A stretch of DNA of 64,000 bases, taken from the NCBI GenBank assembly GCA_002633005.1, contig NMRA01000382.1, positions 319,096 through 383,095 on the forward strand, read 5' to 3'. The notes beneath the pieces are model-generated. The model was not told where the DNA came from and did no database searches. It saw only the letters and a list, made by a program, of their open reading frames with translations. The translations under genes and the position numbers were made by a program. This DNA is from Phoronis australis. Lineage: Eukaryota > Animalia > Phoronida. Of the stretch, positions 39,301 through 54,300 are shown one piece after another (positions within the stretch are counted from its first letter, which is position 1; each line of letters begins with the position of its first letter).

Positions 39301-42300
39301 CCCAAGATTTCTATTAAGTCAAAAGTTCCAACACATTTTTGAAGGAACCAAATCCATCAGATAGGAACCGTCAAAACTAAGATTAATTCCATGTGAAATA
39401 CTAACTTGTCACAATGCCTGAACATGGCTCGTGATTTTGCGCAAGTCTCTTACTAGCCACAGATGTTGGCTGGCAGCTGGTCCTCTCACCACGTACGTAT
39501 AGATTTAACAAAATTCTGTAACCATTCCCCAAACTCCAGAAACTATTCAACCAGCGCATCATCATGAAACGGGACATCTCACAATTTCTACCAACCTGAT
39601 CTTTGGGGAAGTTAAACAACAGCTGTCGTATAGTGTTGCTATATCTATCTTGAAACAACTGCCGTGCCCAGGCAACGCAGTCCTCAAATGAATTTGGACG
39701 ATCATCAACAAGGGTCTTCTTCAAGGATTCCAGAATTTCCATCTGAAAACAACACAGATGTTCACATAGTCAGAAAGCAGAAATGCAGTTTAATGTGCTT
39801 AACATATACAGTACAAGCCAAAACTACTCAGACAAAATAACCCGGAAATTCCTCTCAAAGCGGCTGGACAGAAGCCAAATTTGTCGTCAAAAAATCTCTC
39901 AAAACGAAGAATGAAAAAGAATTAACAGGAATGTTACTAACGTGGGTGAGTCATTCTGTAATTAGAATTTTGCCACCCTAATATTTATAACCAATAAACT
40001 TTGTTGTTGACAAAAAAGTCATGACGGGAAAAACTGAATTTAGTCTGATCCCTTTTTTTCTTGTACTGTGTCACTCAGCAAGTTCTGGGCAAGTAAAATC
40101 TACAACTGTATTCACACACTAACACAGTGCACACCAAATATTATCAAACAAAACAAAATCATGACAACCGAGTGTAATTGAAATTGCCTGTCACGAAGTC
40201 AGGGTGCAATAGGTATTTGTCATCAGAGTAGCTAGAACTGACCTATCATAAGGATTTTAAGTAACGACTTAACTGACCAATCAGATAGCAGCATTTCTGA
40301 CACACCTTTGTTTCCAAGCTGCCCCTATACCGGACAACACGTTGCCAGGTAAAACTTATTGTTTGCTTGTCGACTTTTTCCCAAAGGGACATACCTTGTG
40401 ATAGGTCAATTACCTGCCATGACAACGAAACAGCAATTTTTCTGATTACTTTGGGTATGCAGTCTAGAACGAACTACAAAACCAAAGAAAAGCCGTTTGC
40501 CTTAAAATGCCGTACATGGCATTGTTGAGAAACTAATTTAAAAAGCAACACTACTTGTATATCCCACCATAAACAATATACTGCAAACAATGCACACACA
40601 TTTTTCCAGCAAGAGGGAGCTTTAGTCAAATTATGTGACACACACAAAACAATTTTGTAATTTATTTTGCCAATTGAAATAAAACAGAAAAAATAAACCA
40701 GAAAACGTATAGTGACCTCAGTTTGTCTCTGCTATTCCATCCCACCACACACACTCATTCACAGGTCTCCTAAACTCTCTATTAACACAGAGTTTCTGTG
40801 TGGATCAAAAGAAAGTGCCACTTGGTAATCAATAACACCGCTTGATGCTTAGCTGAACACCAAGTTTCATTCGGCGACCCCGCAAAAATCCCAGGTCGCC
40901 AAACGAAATCATCGGCGCTGACGGCTGACGACCTTGTGGTGACTTCGAATTTTTCCCAGGTCGCCAAACACAATCTGAGTTTGCTTTGGCAATCTGCAGG
41001 TTGCCAAATCGAGCGCTGAGTAATGGCAACCACAGAACCCAAAACTCACTGGGTGCACTCCTGGCAGTTTGAGTGTTCGCTCCATAAACTTGGGATCTGT
41101 AGCATACTGTTGTGTGTTCTCAGCTGGGTCGCTGAACAAGCCTTTGAACTGATCACGGGCCCACTGCAACAAACAATGGCAATGTGAGTGCTGAACAAGT
41201 AGTACTATCAACTTATCACGGGCCCACTCAACAAAAACATTTTTGTCTTTTTCTAGTTATGCATGGTGAGTAGGAACACTTTACTCTGTAGCGTTGTGGC
41301 AAAGCACCAGAGCCCTCTGTCAAAAAGCAGCTTTGGATTTTGACCTTCAACAGTTCCAATTTGCTCCATACTTGGATTAGAAATCACCTCAAGACTTGAG
41401 ATAACTGACAGGTCATCCTTGAATCAGGCCGGAATAATTAAAATGCTCATTACAATGAGTAACTTTCCATTGCCAAAGCAGTAAGAGGCTATCAGGGGAA
41501 TTACAGGCACTTATTGTGGCCAAATACACATGTGGAGAAACTTGGGATGCTTTCACATGCATTGTGTAGGTCTGATTTAAAGAAGGTTCCACCTACCTGC
41601 AGGGTGTGTTCGATTGCGTTGGGAAAGTTTTTGAGCGTACACATAGGAATAGTCTTCTCAGGTGGGTCTTGTGAAGATGAATAGGATTCGGTCAAGTGTG
41701 GGATGACCACCTAGGAACAAAGAACGTTTAGTAGCAATTGTCACCATGACAACTGATATGACCCTTGGAGCAATATAAGACTAGTTTCAACTTTGACTAA
41801 TTCCAAGTATTCTGAAATAAATAAACACAGTGTGATGCCATCGGCAGTCAAAAGAGTGAACAACAAATAAGAAAAGGCATCTACAAAAAATGAACTCGTT
41901 ATTTAGCTAAGTGAGTTAGAGATAAAATTCTCTGCAGACCCACGTATAAAGTCATGTAAATTGCTATTTAAAATGAGTTTGAGCCGAAAACGATCACCAT
42001 CCCGTGCACCAGCTAGCAAAGCCCTTATTCAGATTTTTTTGTTTTCACATACAAATTATTCGGGAATACACATGCCGCTTGGTTAGCGTGGGATATGTCA
42101 AGATAGCTATAATGCTCACAGTAGTTCCTAGGGGACATTAGCCAAAAATTATCAGACAAAATGACCAGGAATTCTCTTCGTGACGACTGAGCTCAACAGT
42201 AATTCCCCATTATGTCAGCTGAGTTAAACCGTAGCTAGCAAAGACCCATCATAAAGAGGGAAATAGTACTTTGGTCGATTACTTGTGACGTGTACTATAC

Positions 42301-45300
42301 TAGCAAGCACTCACTTAATTCCAGCTAAAGAAATATAACAGACTGGCACTGGTGCTACACTTGTAAAGTTTTGAAGACACTCACATCATAGAAAAGACCA
42401 CAAAACAGTATAAAGATGACCAATTCACAAAAATGGAACAGGTGAAATATTGTAGATTACACAGAACAAAATTCACCTAGACCAGTCATCTAAACTGCCA
42501 TCTACACATTTAAGACAACTTTGCTGACAAACGGAACGCAACACTAGATGATCCTTGAGCAAACCATGAAACTACATTGGGCTGACACAACGTTGATTTG
42601 GGCCAACCAATGACAGCTTGAGCCGACAGTATAAGTGCTTACCTGTACATTGCCCTTTGTTCCCAGGGTTCCGGACTCCAGCAACGACTTCCTGTAGTAG
42701 ATGCATCTCCTGTCCATATACAGACCTGTGCAGACACAAAGTACACATGTTCATACAAATACATCTGTGACACAGATAGGTGAGAAAAAACAAAATCAAG
42801 TGTCTTTAACAAAGCGATGTTACAAATGAGAGGTCCTGCTTTTCTATGCAAGACCTTGGAGTTTTTATTTCCGAATTATGCAGCTGATTTCACTGGAGTT
42901 TGGAAAGTGATAGTTCAAGGACCAATTGTCATGTATGTAAAATACACAGAATTAACACACCGAGATTTTCACAAAACACTTTCAACTGATNCCGGAATTC
43001 CTTGTCACGACGGCCGAGTGCAAGTGGTTTTTACAATCGGAGTAGCTAGCAAAGACCCATCATAAAGAGGGAAATAGTATTTTGGTTGATTACTTGTGAC
43101 GTGTACTATACTAGCAAGCACTCACTTAATTCCAGCTAAAGAAATATAACAGACCGGCACTGGTGCTACACTTGTAAAGTTTTGAAGACACTCACATCAT
43201 AGAAAAGACCACATAACAGTATAAAGATGACCAATTTGCAAAAATGGAACAGGTGAAATATTGTAAATTACACAGAACAAAATTCATCTAGACCAGTCAT
43301 CTAAACTGCCATCTACACATTTAAGACAACTTTGATGACAAACGGAACGCAACACTAGATGATCCTTGAGCAAACCATGAAACTACATTGGGCTGACACA
43401 ACGTTGATTTGGGCCAACCAATGACAGCTTGAGCCGACAGTAAGTGCTTACCTGTACATTGCCCTTTGTTCCCAGAGTTCCGGACTCCAGCAACGACTTC
43501 CTGTAGTAGATGCATCTCCTGTCCATATACAGACCTGAGCAGACACAAAGTACACATGTTCATACAAATACATCTGTGACACAGATAGGTGAGAAAAAAC
43601 AAAATCAAGTGTCTTTAACAAAGCGATGTTACAAATGAGAGGTCCTGCTTTTCTATGCAAGACCTTGGAGTTTTTATTTCCGAATTATGCAGCTAACTTC
43701 ACTGGAGTTTGGAAAGTGATAGTTCAAGGACCAATTGTCATGTATGTAAAATACACAGAATTAACACACCGAGATTTTCACAAAACACTTTCAACTGATA
43801 GAATGGAACAACTGGCCTGAGTAATTCTGCCTTCTAGTGGAAAAAGAGAGAAACTTACTAGACACAAAATGCAAATTAATTCCACTTCCATAAACAAACG
43901 TGACCATTAACGACTGCTTTATAAAAGTCAGGCGAATTCCACTGCACCCGCAGACATTTTCTTTCTGCCACTTCAACAAAAGGTATGCTAATTTCAACTA
44001 ATCACAGTCATGGGAAGTTATTCATCTGAGGCAACTCTGAAACTCCACCCAGCAACAGGTTCACTTACGTGCGTCAACGTTGTCCAGTGCATTAGTGACA
44101 CCTGTCAACGCCTCAAAGAACTCGTCTGTGTAGATGTTCTCCGTGTCTGCACCAACGCGGTTCTCATGCGGCGTGATCTTAACACTGGGATTCATCTGGC
44201 GTACCGCGTTAGCCGCGCACGACGACTTAGTTTTCTGCAACACACACGATCTGGTTTTCCTGGCAACTCACTTCAACTTTCAATCACAAGCTTAATCCAC
44301 AGAGAAATACAAATGCGATATTCTTTGATGCCAAGGGAGATGTTACAAAAATGCATTTCTTTAGGTATAAAAAGAGCAATGTAACACAGTATTCTCACAA
44401 GCTTACGTCAATAAGACAAAAAACAGCACTCATGCGTGTTTAAACAGCTTTGTTTGCATAAGACCTGCAACTGTAAAATTATTTTTAGTAGCAACATGTC
44501 CTGTTAACCTGGCTTAAGGAATTTTCAAACTTGATAATTTCTGGGCCTTTGATAGTGCGCCCAGCATGCCTTGAAAATTACATACTGTGGCATCAGCGAT
44601 ACCAATACTTACCGAGACGTCCCATGGTCTGAACAAGAACTGGCGATTGAGATTCGACTTCTCAATCGTATCCATATCTGTGACAGTTATGTGTCCGTTG
44701 TCGCCGCAGGCAAGACCAGTCATGGCCCAGTTCTTGAGCATCTCACAGCCGATGGCGCCGGCGCCAACCTACAAAAAGAGATTGAGGTCCAACAATAGAT
44801 ATTTGCCTTATTGTAATTACGAAGAGCATCTCGAAGGTATATTTAAACTGAACTGAGGAAACACAAGTGAGAACGTCTAAAAATAGACAATATATGCACA
44901 CGCGAAATTGGCAGTATCAAGTCTTAACCAAATCTACAGAAATACAGTCTTCGCAATTGCACAGGAGGCACCTACCAAGAAATACTTGGAGTCCCCCAAT
45001 TTCTTTTGAAACTCTTCACCAAACACAGCAATTTGAGAGTCGTAGCGACTGTTTCTCTGGAAACACAAGCATGCATGGTTACGACAGGCCTAACCACGGA
45101 CATATAATAATGTAAACTAAGAATTTTTATTCCAGAACACATACGACACAATCTTAAATCCATGTAATGCATTCAACACATTTCTCAACCATTAAACAAC
45201 CTCACGTATTGGACTCAACCTCCTAATCGTAAGAAAATCATTTTATAACAAATGTCATACGTAACCAAATTATTCACCACACATGTAACTTTAGTAACAT

Positions 45301-48300
45301 GATGCAGAGATTGGTGACATGCAAACTGTTTCTGGCAATTTCTTGTCTTCTCATTTATAAAATCTAACTCAATCCCGTGAAACGATGCTATATTCACCTA
45401 GACATGCAAGATCATTAAAACACACTACAATATGACAAGACCTCACTAACTGACTACACTACCCGACTACCAAACAATCTTACCAATTTTGGCCAAAAAA
45501 CTGTTGCCATAACTGACCTTTCAGCATACATAGAATTTTCACATTATTGCGAATGTCAAGTTTATCAAAATATTGTCCGATGGTAGCTACCGTATACAGC
45601 TTGGAGACACAAGATCGTTTACTTAATAAGGCGCTATGTATCTTTCAAGGAAAAACTAGATTCATTAAATTTCAACTGTCATCCACATGGTGTCCTACAT
45701 TGATGAGATTTAACCATACTTCCTAAATCCTACGGAGAAACTCACTGGTTTGCAACTCTTCTCGGTCAGCTCTTGGTCTGCATTTTCTTCAGGCAGACAC
45801 TCGAGGGCGTCGAAGTACAAGAACTGAGAGATGGGATTGAACTTTCCACTGCACGCCTGTCAACAGTACACATCACAATAGTACATCTTAGAGGCTTGCG
45901 CTACATCCAGGCCTGCCATTTCAAACAACCAACAAGGCAAATTTGAAAAAAAAATATAGTTATTGCCCGTAAATTTGGTAAACAATTTAACCAAGAACAG
46001 TAGTCAAGCCAAAGTGTACTATGTAAGTTAGAAAAGCAGGAAAACTATCTGCTCACACTTTTAAAACATTAACCAAATGAAAACAACAGATTGAGCAGAA
46101 ACAACAACAAATCCTTAATTAATTTCAGCGTCAAACATGCAAACCTCAAAAGTTGGATAAAATAAAACTGAAGCGTTTTATTAAGCCAAAATAACATTAA
46201 TGAGCTCCATCTTGGCCAGAGTATGACAGTATGGAATGTTAACTTGTCCCATCTTCCAAGTTTGCTAAATTAATGCAAAAGATCCTCCAATATGAAACAA
46301 CGGTGTCCCAATGGATATAGTTATAAAATCGAAACTGCGCTCACTAAAGCTTTCATATACAACAAACCTCACTGAGATAAATGGTTTGTTTTGATTTGAC
46401 TTTTACAGAAAGGAACCTAATGACTGACCTTCATAACTTCCTGTGCAGCGACTCCACCAATCACAGCCTGCATTGGACAAAGGTCGCCAGCAGCACAGTA
46501 TGAAAACTGACGCGCTAAGTCAGCGTCCACCTCTTCTACCTTGGCTTCTGATTGGCTGTTGACCTCTTTCGCAATGGCAATGAAGGTTTCAGCGTCAGCC
46601 TGCGATGAAGGACAATACATCATAGCTATGCTGTTGATCGGCAAGAATGCAAGTGCAAATTTAAGTACTTTTGGTATTTGGTGTTGTCGTCATTCATCAC
46701 TGACCAATGGTCACTTCCAACATCTACCACATGTACAACATCATAATTAGTCATGTAATTTGAGACAGAAAATAAAGAAAGAATATTTTTAGATGTAGAC
46801 TTAACGTAAGTCATGGAACATAACATATGCAGATCCTGAACAGACATGGAAAAATATAGATCACAAACATTCTTAAGTTTGGTCTGCACGCCACCTATTG
46901 GCCTCATAATCAGGTCACGTGATGTGGCCAACAGGTGGTGTGTAGACCAGACATAAGAATGTTTGTGATAAGCCATGAAAGTCAAACTAAAATAAACAAG
47001 AACGTGCTCAGAGATTACAGCAAGACACCTCTTGGCTTTCAGTTCCCACTTCGAGTATTTTCAAAATTTATTTTAGCACTAGATATTCAGAATCCTGTTC
47101 TTTCATGACCAGCTTTGAAAATGTTGACAACATTATTTCTCCACAACAACAGCAGCAGTACAAGACCACTCAACAAAGAATTTGAAATCAGATGACTATA
47201 ACAATGAATGTAAAACCAAGAGTCAAGTTATGAATTCCCAGTGGCGTGCACTTTCAACTTCACTACATCACAAAAATATCCCAATTTCCTTTAACTATAA
47301 AAATTTTAAATGACAACTTAATTTCAGAGGTAAAATTACACTAATTCCACCAGTTTCCTTGCGGTCACAGAAGTTCAGGGTGTCTGAACAATACCATCAC
47401 TTTACAAAACACGTTCCACTGTGGTCCGCTCACCTTACTCCTGGGTGCAGGCATACGCTTGTTGCGTTTGACGAACTCGTGCAGGGCCTGGTAAAAAATG
47501 TGCAGCTGGCCGGGCCTCTCAAATTTTGCAAAGTCGGTCATCACAAACTCTGGAGCTTTCATGGCATTGCGCAGTGATTTCTGAGAACAAGAAAAGTGAC
47601 AACACAATGGTGACTGCTCCTTATGGATACCTATGCATAACCAAAATAGCACTTCATTAGACGACTTCAATCATGACTCACAAGGCAGACCCATCAAGGC
47701 TGCAAAAGTGGAGGGAGCCTTATAAAAAAGTCTAAGAAAACAAAAATGCAGTATACGGACAGGAAATGATGACAAGCTAAACCTTGCTTAGACAATGTGT
47801 GTAATGCGATTCATTCCCCTTTGAAATAATGCCAAAAGGTTAGTGTGCCACGAGTGTTCATCAAAGTTCTTCACCTGCCTTAACAATATCATGAATACCA
47901 TGTCACAGATGGGAGTCAGCATCAGAGGAGAAGCTCCCTTATACCGAAGCATTGACCATAACTCAAACATTACTAATTAACAGACCACCTGACGGGTGTT
48001 ATCGTTTGATTTTGCTCTACAATGCGGCTTATTCTAAGAATTACACTTCACAGCTTAAGAAAGAAAAAAAAACGACCCCCACACCCTTTTTGGTACCTTT
48101 TCTATTTTTCTTACAACCGATACACTAAAATGCAACCAATTTTGAAATGAAGCGACAAGACAACTCAGTCACGTTCACCTTAATGATAGATAATAACCGC
48201 CGCCAACAGAAAACTGAAGCAGTACCCATGCGGCCAAACTAAGAGATGAAGGCACCGTGACTGCCTATCAATGTGAGCTGCATCATCATCCGTTTCCTTA

Positions 48301-51300
48301 CAATTCCCCCAGTTAAAAACAATGAAAAAGAAAAATTCTTTGTCGACGCAAGTTTCTAATCTTGAGATTCAATTTTAACCTAATCAAGTGTTACATTTCC
48401 GCATGACGTACCAACATACATTCAACAAACATCTACAAGAAGTAATGTCAATCCATTGTGTCCTCACAACTACACGAGTTTATTTCCAATACTTGCATTA
48501 ATGTACTTACAAACTTTAGTTCCTTGGGCATTTTAACCTGTGTAACGACACCACCTCTGACATAGTCGGAAAACCCTGACGTGTCCCCTATGCTGAATGT
48601 GTAAGGCCCTGAAAAAGTTGACATTGGTCTCACTGAATGAAGTATTAATGTTGTGCAGGACCGACTGATCATATATATGTTTTCAACAATGACTATGGGG
48701 GTAAAAAGGAACAAAATATAAAACTATCGCCTCATGAAACCTCAGAGCCCAAGCTGTTCATGTTTGGCAATTTCACAAGCAAAGGCAATTAATACTATTT
48801 ATCTGTGGTCTTCAGGAAACTTGCGATTAGCTACAATTTCTAGACTCTTTAATATGTATTAGCATGCTCCTAACTATGGTAAAAGACAATGCTATTTTAA
48901 CATAATCTATGTTAGATAGAGTGCAGTAGTATTCATTGAAAACGAAAACAACCTGCAAATAGGTGACTTGTACACTAATGACGTACTTCGCAGGCTCACA
49001 TAGCCAGCACAATGCAGTGCTATTCCACAGCACCACGTCACTGTAATTACTGGACATGGTTCAGTGATTTGCTGTGAAATTTTCACCACAAAAATTGTTC
49101 TTAAAAACATTGAGCAATTCTCAACCTACTTCATATTCATATTCATATCATCGCTATATGTTGTGTTTCTACATAATTTGGCCAACCAACCATAGAGATA
49201 ATGAATTACCCTGCAAGTTCCACTTTAAAGTCCACTAACTTACCACTTACTTAGTGATCTGTGATTCCATACCTTAACACTAGATGGGGTGCCAGCAACA
49301 GGATCACCAGTGTATCAGACTTCACGTACGCCAAAGTGAAGATGTGGTGTTATCAAATTCAACACATGTAATAACACAGTCTGTATGACTAAAAACAAGA
49401 AATCAGTTTCGATTTCATAAAAATCAAGCAGGAAACCTAAAGTGCTAAACGCTCAATAGATGCATGTTGCTACGCTATGACTGCATACCAAGGACTTTGA
49501 TTTCTCGCGGCTCACAGCCATTCAGCTCAGTCATCCCCTGCACCTCAGAGAAGGTCACGTAGTCGCCACTCTCGAAACCGTGACGTGTCTCATCCAGGCA
49601 GGCTACAACGCCATCTGCATTCTGCAGGAGAAAAACAGACAGATATCAATGTAACCATTACATGTACTAACCAATAACACGGCGCAATATTTGTCAACAT
49701 TGTCAGTGTCCTGCTAATTTAGATAGTTACATCAATTAGTCATTCAACTATTTCAAGAATGGGGGAGGTCAACATCTAGCCACAAATAACAGACATTGAA
49801 GCGAATTTTACTGGCTAGTCCTCTGGGCGCTCTTCCTTGCTACAGAAATGTAAACTGGATATGACAAAGAAAATTTTGAGACCGGTTTTATTGAGACTAG
49901 TGCCAACACATTGCTTTTAGTTTTGTAGCAGCTTAACAGGAGAAAATGAGATTTTAAAGAGTTGTTTACCTTTTCAACGTCGGCTATCATATTACTGATT
50001 GGCTGTTCGCCATTTGTATCTGTACAGATGAAGTTGTCCCCGAAATCGCAGAAAATTTGGCTGAAACAAACAACTGTGTCAGTGAATGTTAAATATTACT
50101 TACAAACGTATACTTGCACTCGACACTGAAACTTGAAACAGGAAGCCACAAGCTCTTCACAAACTTAAAAGTTGCAAAAGGCTACACACACAACTCACCC
50201 AAAGAGACCTCTGGTGTCGGCCACAATAAGCTTGATGCCATTGGCATGACAGAAGTCACCAATGCGAAGCTGTTCATCCAGAGACGAGTTGGTCAGCACA
50301 ACAACCTTTTAAAAACAATGAAGTCAGTTACCAAATTTTTTGAAACATTACTGGATAGTTCTTAGTCTGTAAGACTATCAAGCACCAACTTCCGCCAGAC
50401 TTTACAGGGAAATGTGGAATACAAACTGACTACCTGAAGCAACGTCTTACAGAAAAGTCTTTTTCCACAACCCATTTTGCATGCTGGAACGTTCTTGTTT
50501 ACACTGTTAAGGGTTTGCATGAGAAACCTAGGAATCTGTAACTGGGCCCCACATCACTAAATGTCCTTGCGTGCTTTGAAAATGACTATTAAATCTCCTT
50601 ATAGCTGAAACTCCATGCACTTTTTTCTAACTCCTCTCTGGTGTTCTAAGCATGCAACTGCACTGCCATGACCTTTAATGCAACAGGACAAAATGGGTTG
50701 TGGAAAATACATTACTAAAAAACTTTGACAAACTTATAGCAACAAGATGAAAAGTGTACTAAAACATATGAAAGCTAGCTAGAAATATTTGCTTTGAAAT
50801 TCCCCAATTTTCGAAGGAAAGAAATAACATAAAAAATTTCTGAATGCTAAAAAAAAACATGGACAGTGAATAACTGCACGAGACCCCAACAAACCTGGTA
50901 TTTCTTTACTTCAGCTTCGTTCAACTCTCCAGTGATGGCCGACACAGGCACATAGGTGTTCAGCTCGGCCAGTCTCGGCATGGTCACCTCGGCGCGGTTC
51001 TTCCCCATGTCCGCTTCACGTAGGAAAAACTGCAAACATGAAAAATGGACATTGTGAGGACTCCTCATTGAAAGCAATATAAAGAGGTCACCTTCATTTT
51101 CAATCACATTACAAATGTCTTGTTGGCAAGATACAGCAAACGCCAGAAGTATCCAGACTAAATGACACAGAACTTTCATCATGGCAGCTGGGCAGAAGCC
51201 ATATTCATCACCAGACTAATTACCCCCCGCCACCCTGAATGCAGGAGAATTTAGTAAGGCTGCTAAAGATTTAATGTAATAAATAATTTCACTGTAATTT

Positions 51301-54300
51301 TAACTGACCTCACGATACTTATGACCAGTTATTTTTATGTTAACAGCATTACACTGACCAATTACAATGGCGTTGTACTGCATCTAATGGCAGGCACACT
51401 CTCCATGATATGTACTTTGCAGACTGGTGGGGCAAGTTTACAGAGAGCTAAACACAACTCTTCTCATGCACATCAAGCAAACAGAGAGTCGCGAAGAAAT
51501 ACAATCCCAACCTCTGGGTCTTACTGTAGAAGTTCTACTGCAACTAGATAATCACCTGGATGATTGATAATGCATCCAATCTAATTGGAACAAAGAAGAG
51601 ATATCATATACATTGACTATGTCATCTCTAGCACATTGACAGTGTCTAAGGAAAGTCACAAATGAAACACTTTATATAGTCAGTATGCTCTTTCAAAATT
51701 GTAGTTCTTAACGTACATGATCGTAGCACACAGATTTTTTTTGCATACAATTCGATTTCATACTTTAAATTTAAGTAGTTCCTGTCAAACTGAGCTAACT
51801 TCAGTACTGTCTATAGCTTGAACAAATGCAGTCCACCTAAATCATAATACTCAATATCGCAAATAACCACATTCTATATCAGAAGAACATGAGGCCAGAC
51901 TACAAAATGTTCAACATACTTCAAATCCCAAAAAACATCGCTAGATCCTGTAATGATGACATTTTAAACTGCACAGCCACTCATACCTGAGAGGAGAGAT
52001 CAGCCCAAGAGACCACACCATCGTCATGGATGGCAACCGACTTGACACCACCAAGGACGACGTTCTTGGCAATCTCCACGCCAAGCCCGCGCATTCCTGA
52101 GATGAGCACATTGGATGCGATCATGCGACGCATGGCCTCGTGACCCAGCACATAGCTGTGGAGAAACGAGACAAGATTCACTCTGAGAAATATACAGCAT
52201 TGAATGTGATGTAGAACTGCATGGAACAGAGTCAAATTGTGCCCTTTAATTCAAAGTAAATTCATAGATTGGTGGCTATTTTCAGTTTCAGGAAAAACTT
52301 CATTTTCGTATTTTCCAAAGGCTGACTGCTTTGTTTGGTTAAATAATCAAAGTTCTCCAACACTCATTGTTGCACATGCCACTAATGGAGATTACCCTAG
52401 TGTTATTTTTGATCAGATATGTCACACAAGTGTTTGACAACAATGTGTGCCATGTACCTGAAGAACAATCATACAGCCCATACACCTTAAAGACCCACAT
52501 ACCTCTAATCAGGCCAAAATTGCAAACCGTCAACTAAAATAAAGTGAACTTGATGAATGATTTAAGCAGAGGTGAATTTTATCATTGAACCAACCAGTGA
52601 ATGCCATTCTGTTCATGAGCTATCACGTTTTAAAAGGAATGTAAACTAGACACATTACAAAACAAAAGAGCAAACCCCAACAGAGGGCGCTGCATGAGGC
52701 TTTAAAGAAACTGCAAGATGGCTACAACAGATGAGGACATCAACATTGTCACGTTCTCCTGGACTGTCAATTTCACAAAGAGAAATTGTCCAGACAAGAA
52801 ACTGGTCTAATTTTTCAGCAGAGCAAAATTGCAACAGGAATTACTAGCATATGACGGTCTTCTTCTAATTTCCAGCACCAAAATGTGCCAGTTTAAGACC
52901 TCATTAATCTAAAAATTCCAGACCAAAATAGCTCTAGAGTCTTTCGTACTAATGAGGAAAGCCATCAAAATAATAAGAAAATAGAAATATTTGACTTACA
53001 TTTGAGCTCAGGTTTTTTATGATAACAAATATTAAGTAGCCAAGACAACATCCATGAAGCCGACGGTTTAGTGTTATTGAACCGAGGACATAGTATATCA
53101 TTGTTCAGATTTGAAAATTCAGCATAAGAAAGGGATATTCCTGACCAGGTTTGAAGCTGTGTCGTTTGGGTGCACCTGATGATAAAAAGTGTGCCCTTTT
53201 AAAAAAGTTGTGCTCAGCAGACTAAGTGTAATTAAAGTGGTGACATATAACAGAAACCTCAAGGGCAAGTTCTTAAAGCAGATGTACCTCACAGCATGAT
53301 GTCACGTCCTCTGTCGGAGGATAATGGAATGTCAAGGTCGCAGCTGGAGCCAAGCAATACGGTGTCATTTGTAAACAGAAATGGTAAATTTACGATCAAA
53401 TGTTGGAAAACCTAAAGGGTGTGTTAACTTGGTACCATTTTAATGAAATTTGCAACCTATACTACCAGACTGGCAGTAAACTGATTAGAACCTTACATAT
53501 TTTTGGAAGTGTTGCATTTTAAAGGATGCGCCCAGAGGCACACTGACGCAACGTACTTGCGCCTTTATATTTTTTATGTGCTAATGGCGCAAAGGCTTGG
53601 TCCAGGAATATCCCTGATAAGACAAAAGAAGCAAAACGTACAGCTGCCGGGAATATAGACTTTCATCTATGTCCGAAGAACTGTTGCTTGTCATGGTTCC
53701 GTTCTTCGCTAGGACTTCCTGAAAACAGAAGAAACACACTTAAATAAATGCTATAGGAGCAGGAGTTTTATAGAAAGAAATATAGATTTATTGACAACAA
53801 GGGTAATACCGTGTATTGAATTAATATTTTTTACAAGAGTTGAGATCTCCAAAGGCACTGAACATGGAAAAAGTGTAACAAAGTTGAGAACATGGGCCTC
53901 AACAAAACATGAGTAACTTTTCGACGAAACATATTACAACGGGAACTAAAAACTGTAAGGGTCGACCTAAATGCAATGCCCTGCATTGAGTAAGTCAAAA
54001 GTTTGAGGTTGAATCAACTTTCCAAAACTATTCAAGCATTAAAGCTGCTATGACCACGCCTTCAAGCTCAGCAAACGAAATTTTGATTCAGGACAACAGC
54101 CAATAAAACTGATTTCGATCTTTTCATTCCTCAGCTTACTGAGAGTGATCTGAAGGAATTTATAGACGTTTATTGCTTGAGGCTTCTTAGCAGATCATGT
54201 GTAAATGGCAAGCCAAGGCAAGCTTAAGCAAAGTAGTTGAGCAAGAAGAGGGTACTACATTACCCTAGACCCTGGTTTTGAGAACCAGGCAATCACTGAA

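Noticed and set aside
38732-39317. Three overlapping repetitive plus-strand ORFs
   Set aside because: They are translations of a 44-bp minisatellite inside a UBA1 intron. The unit length is not a multiple of 3.
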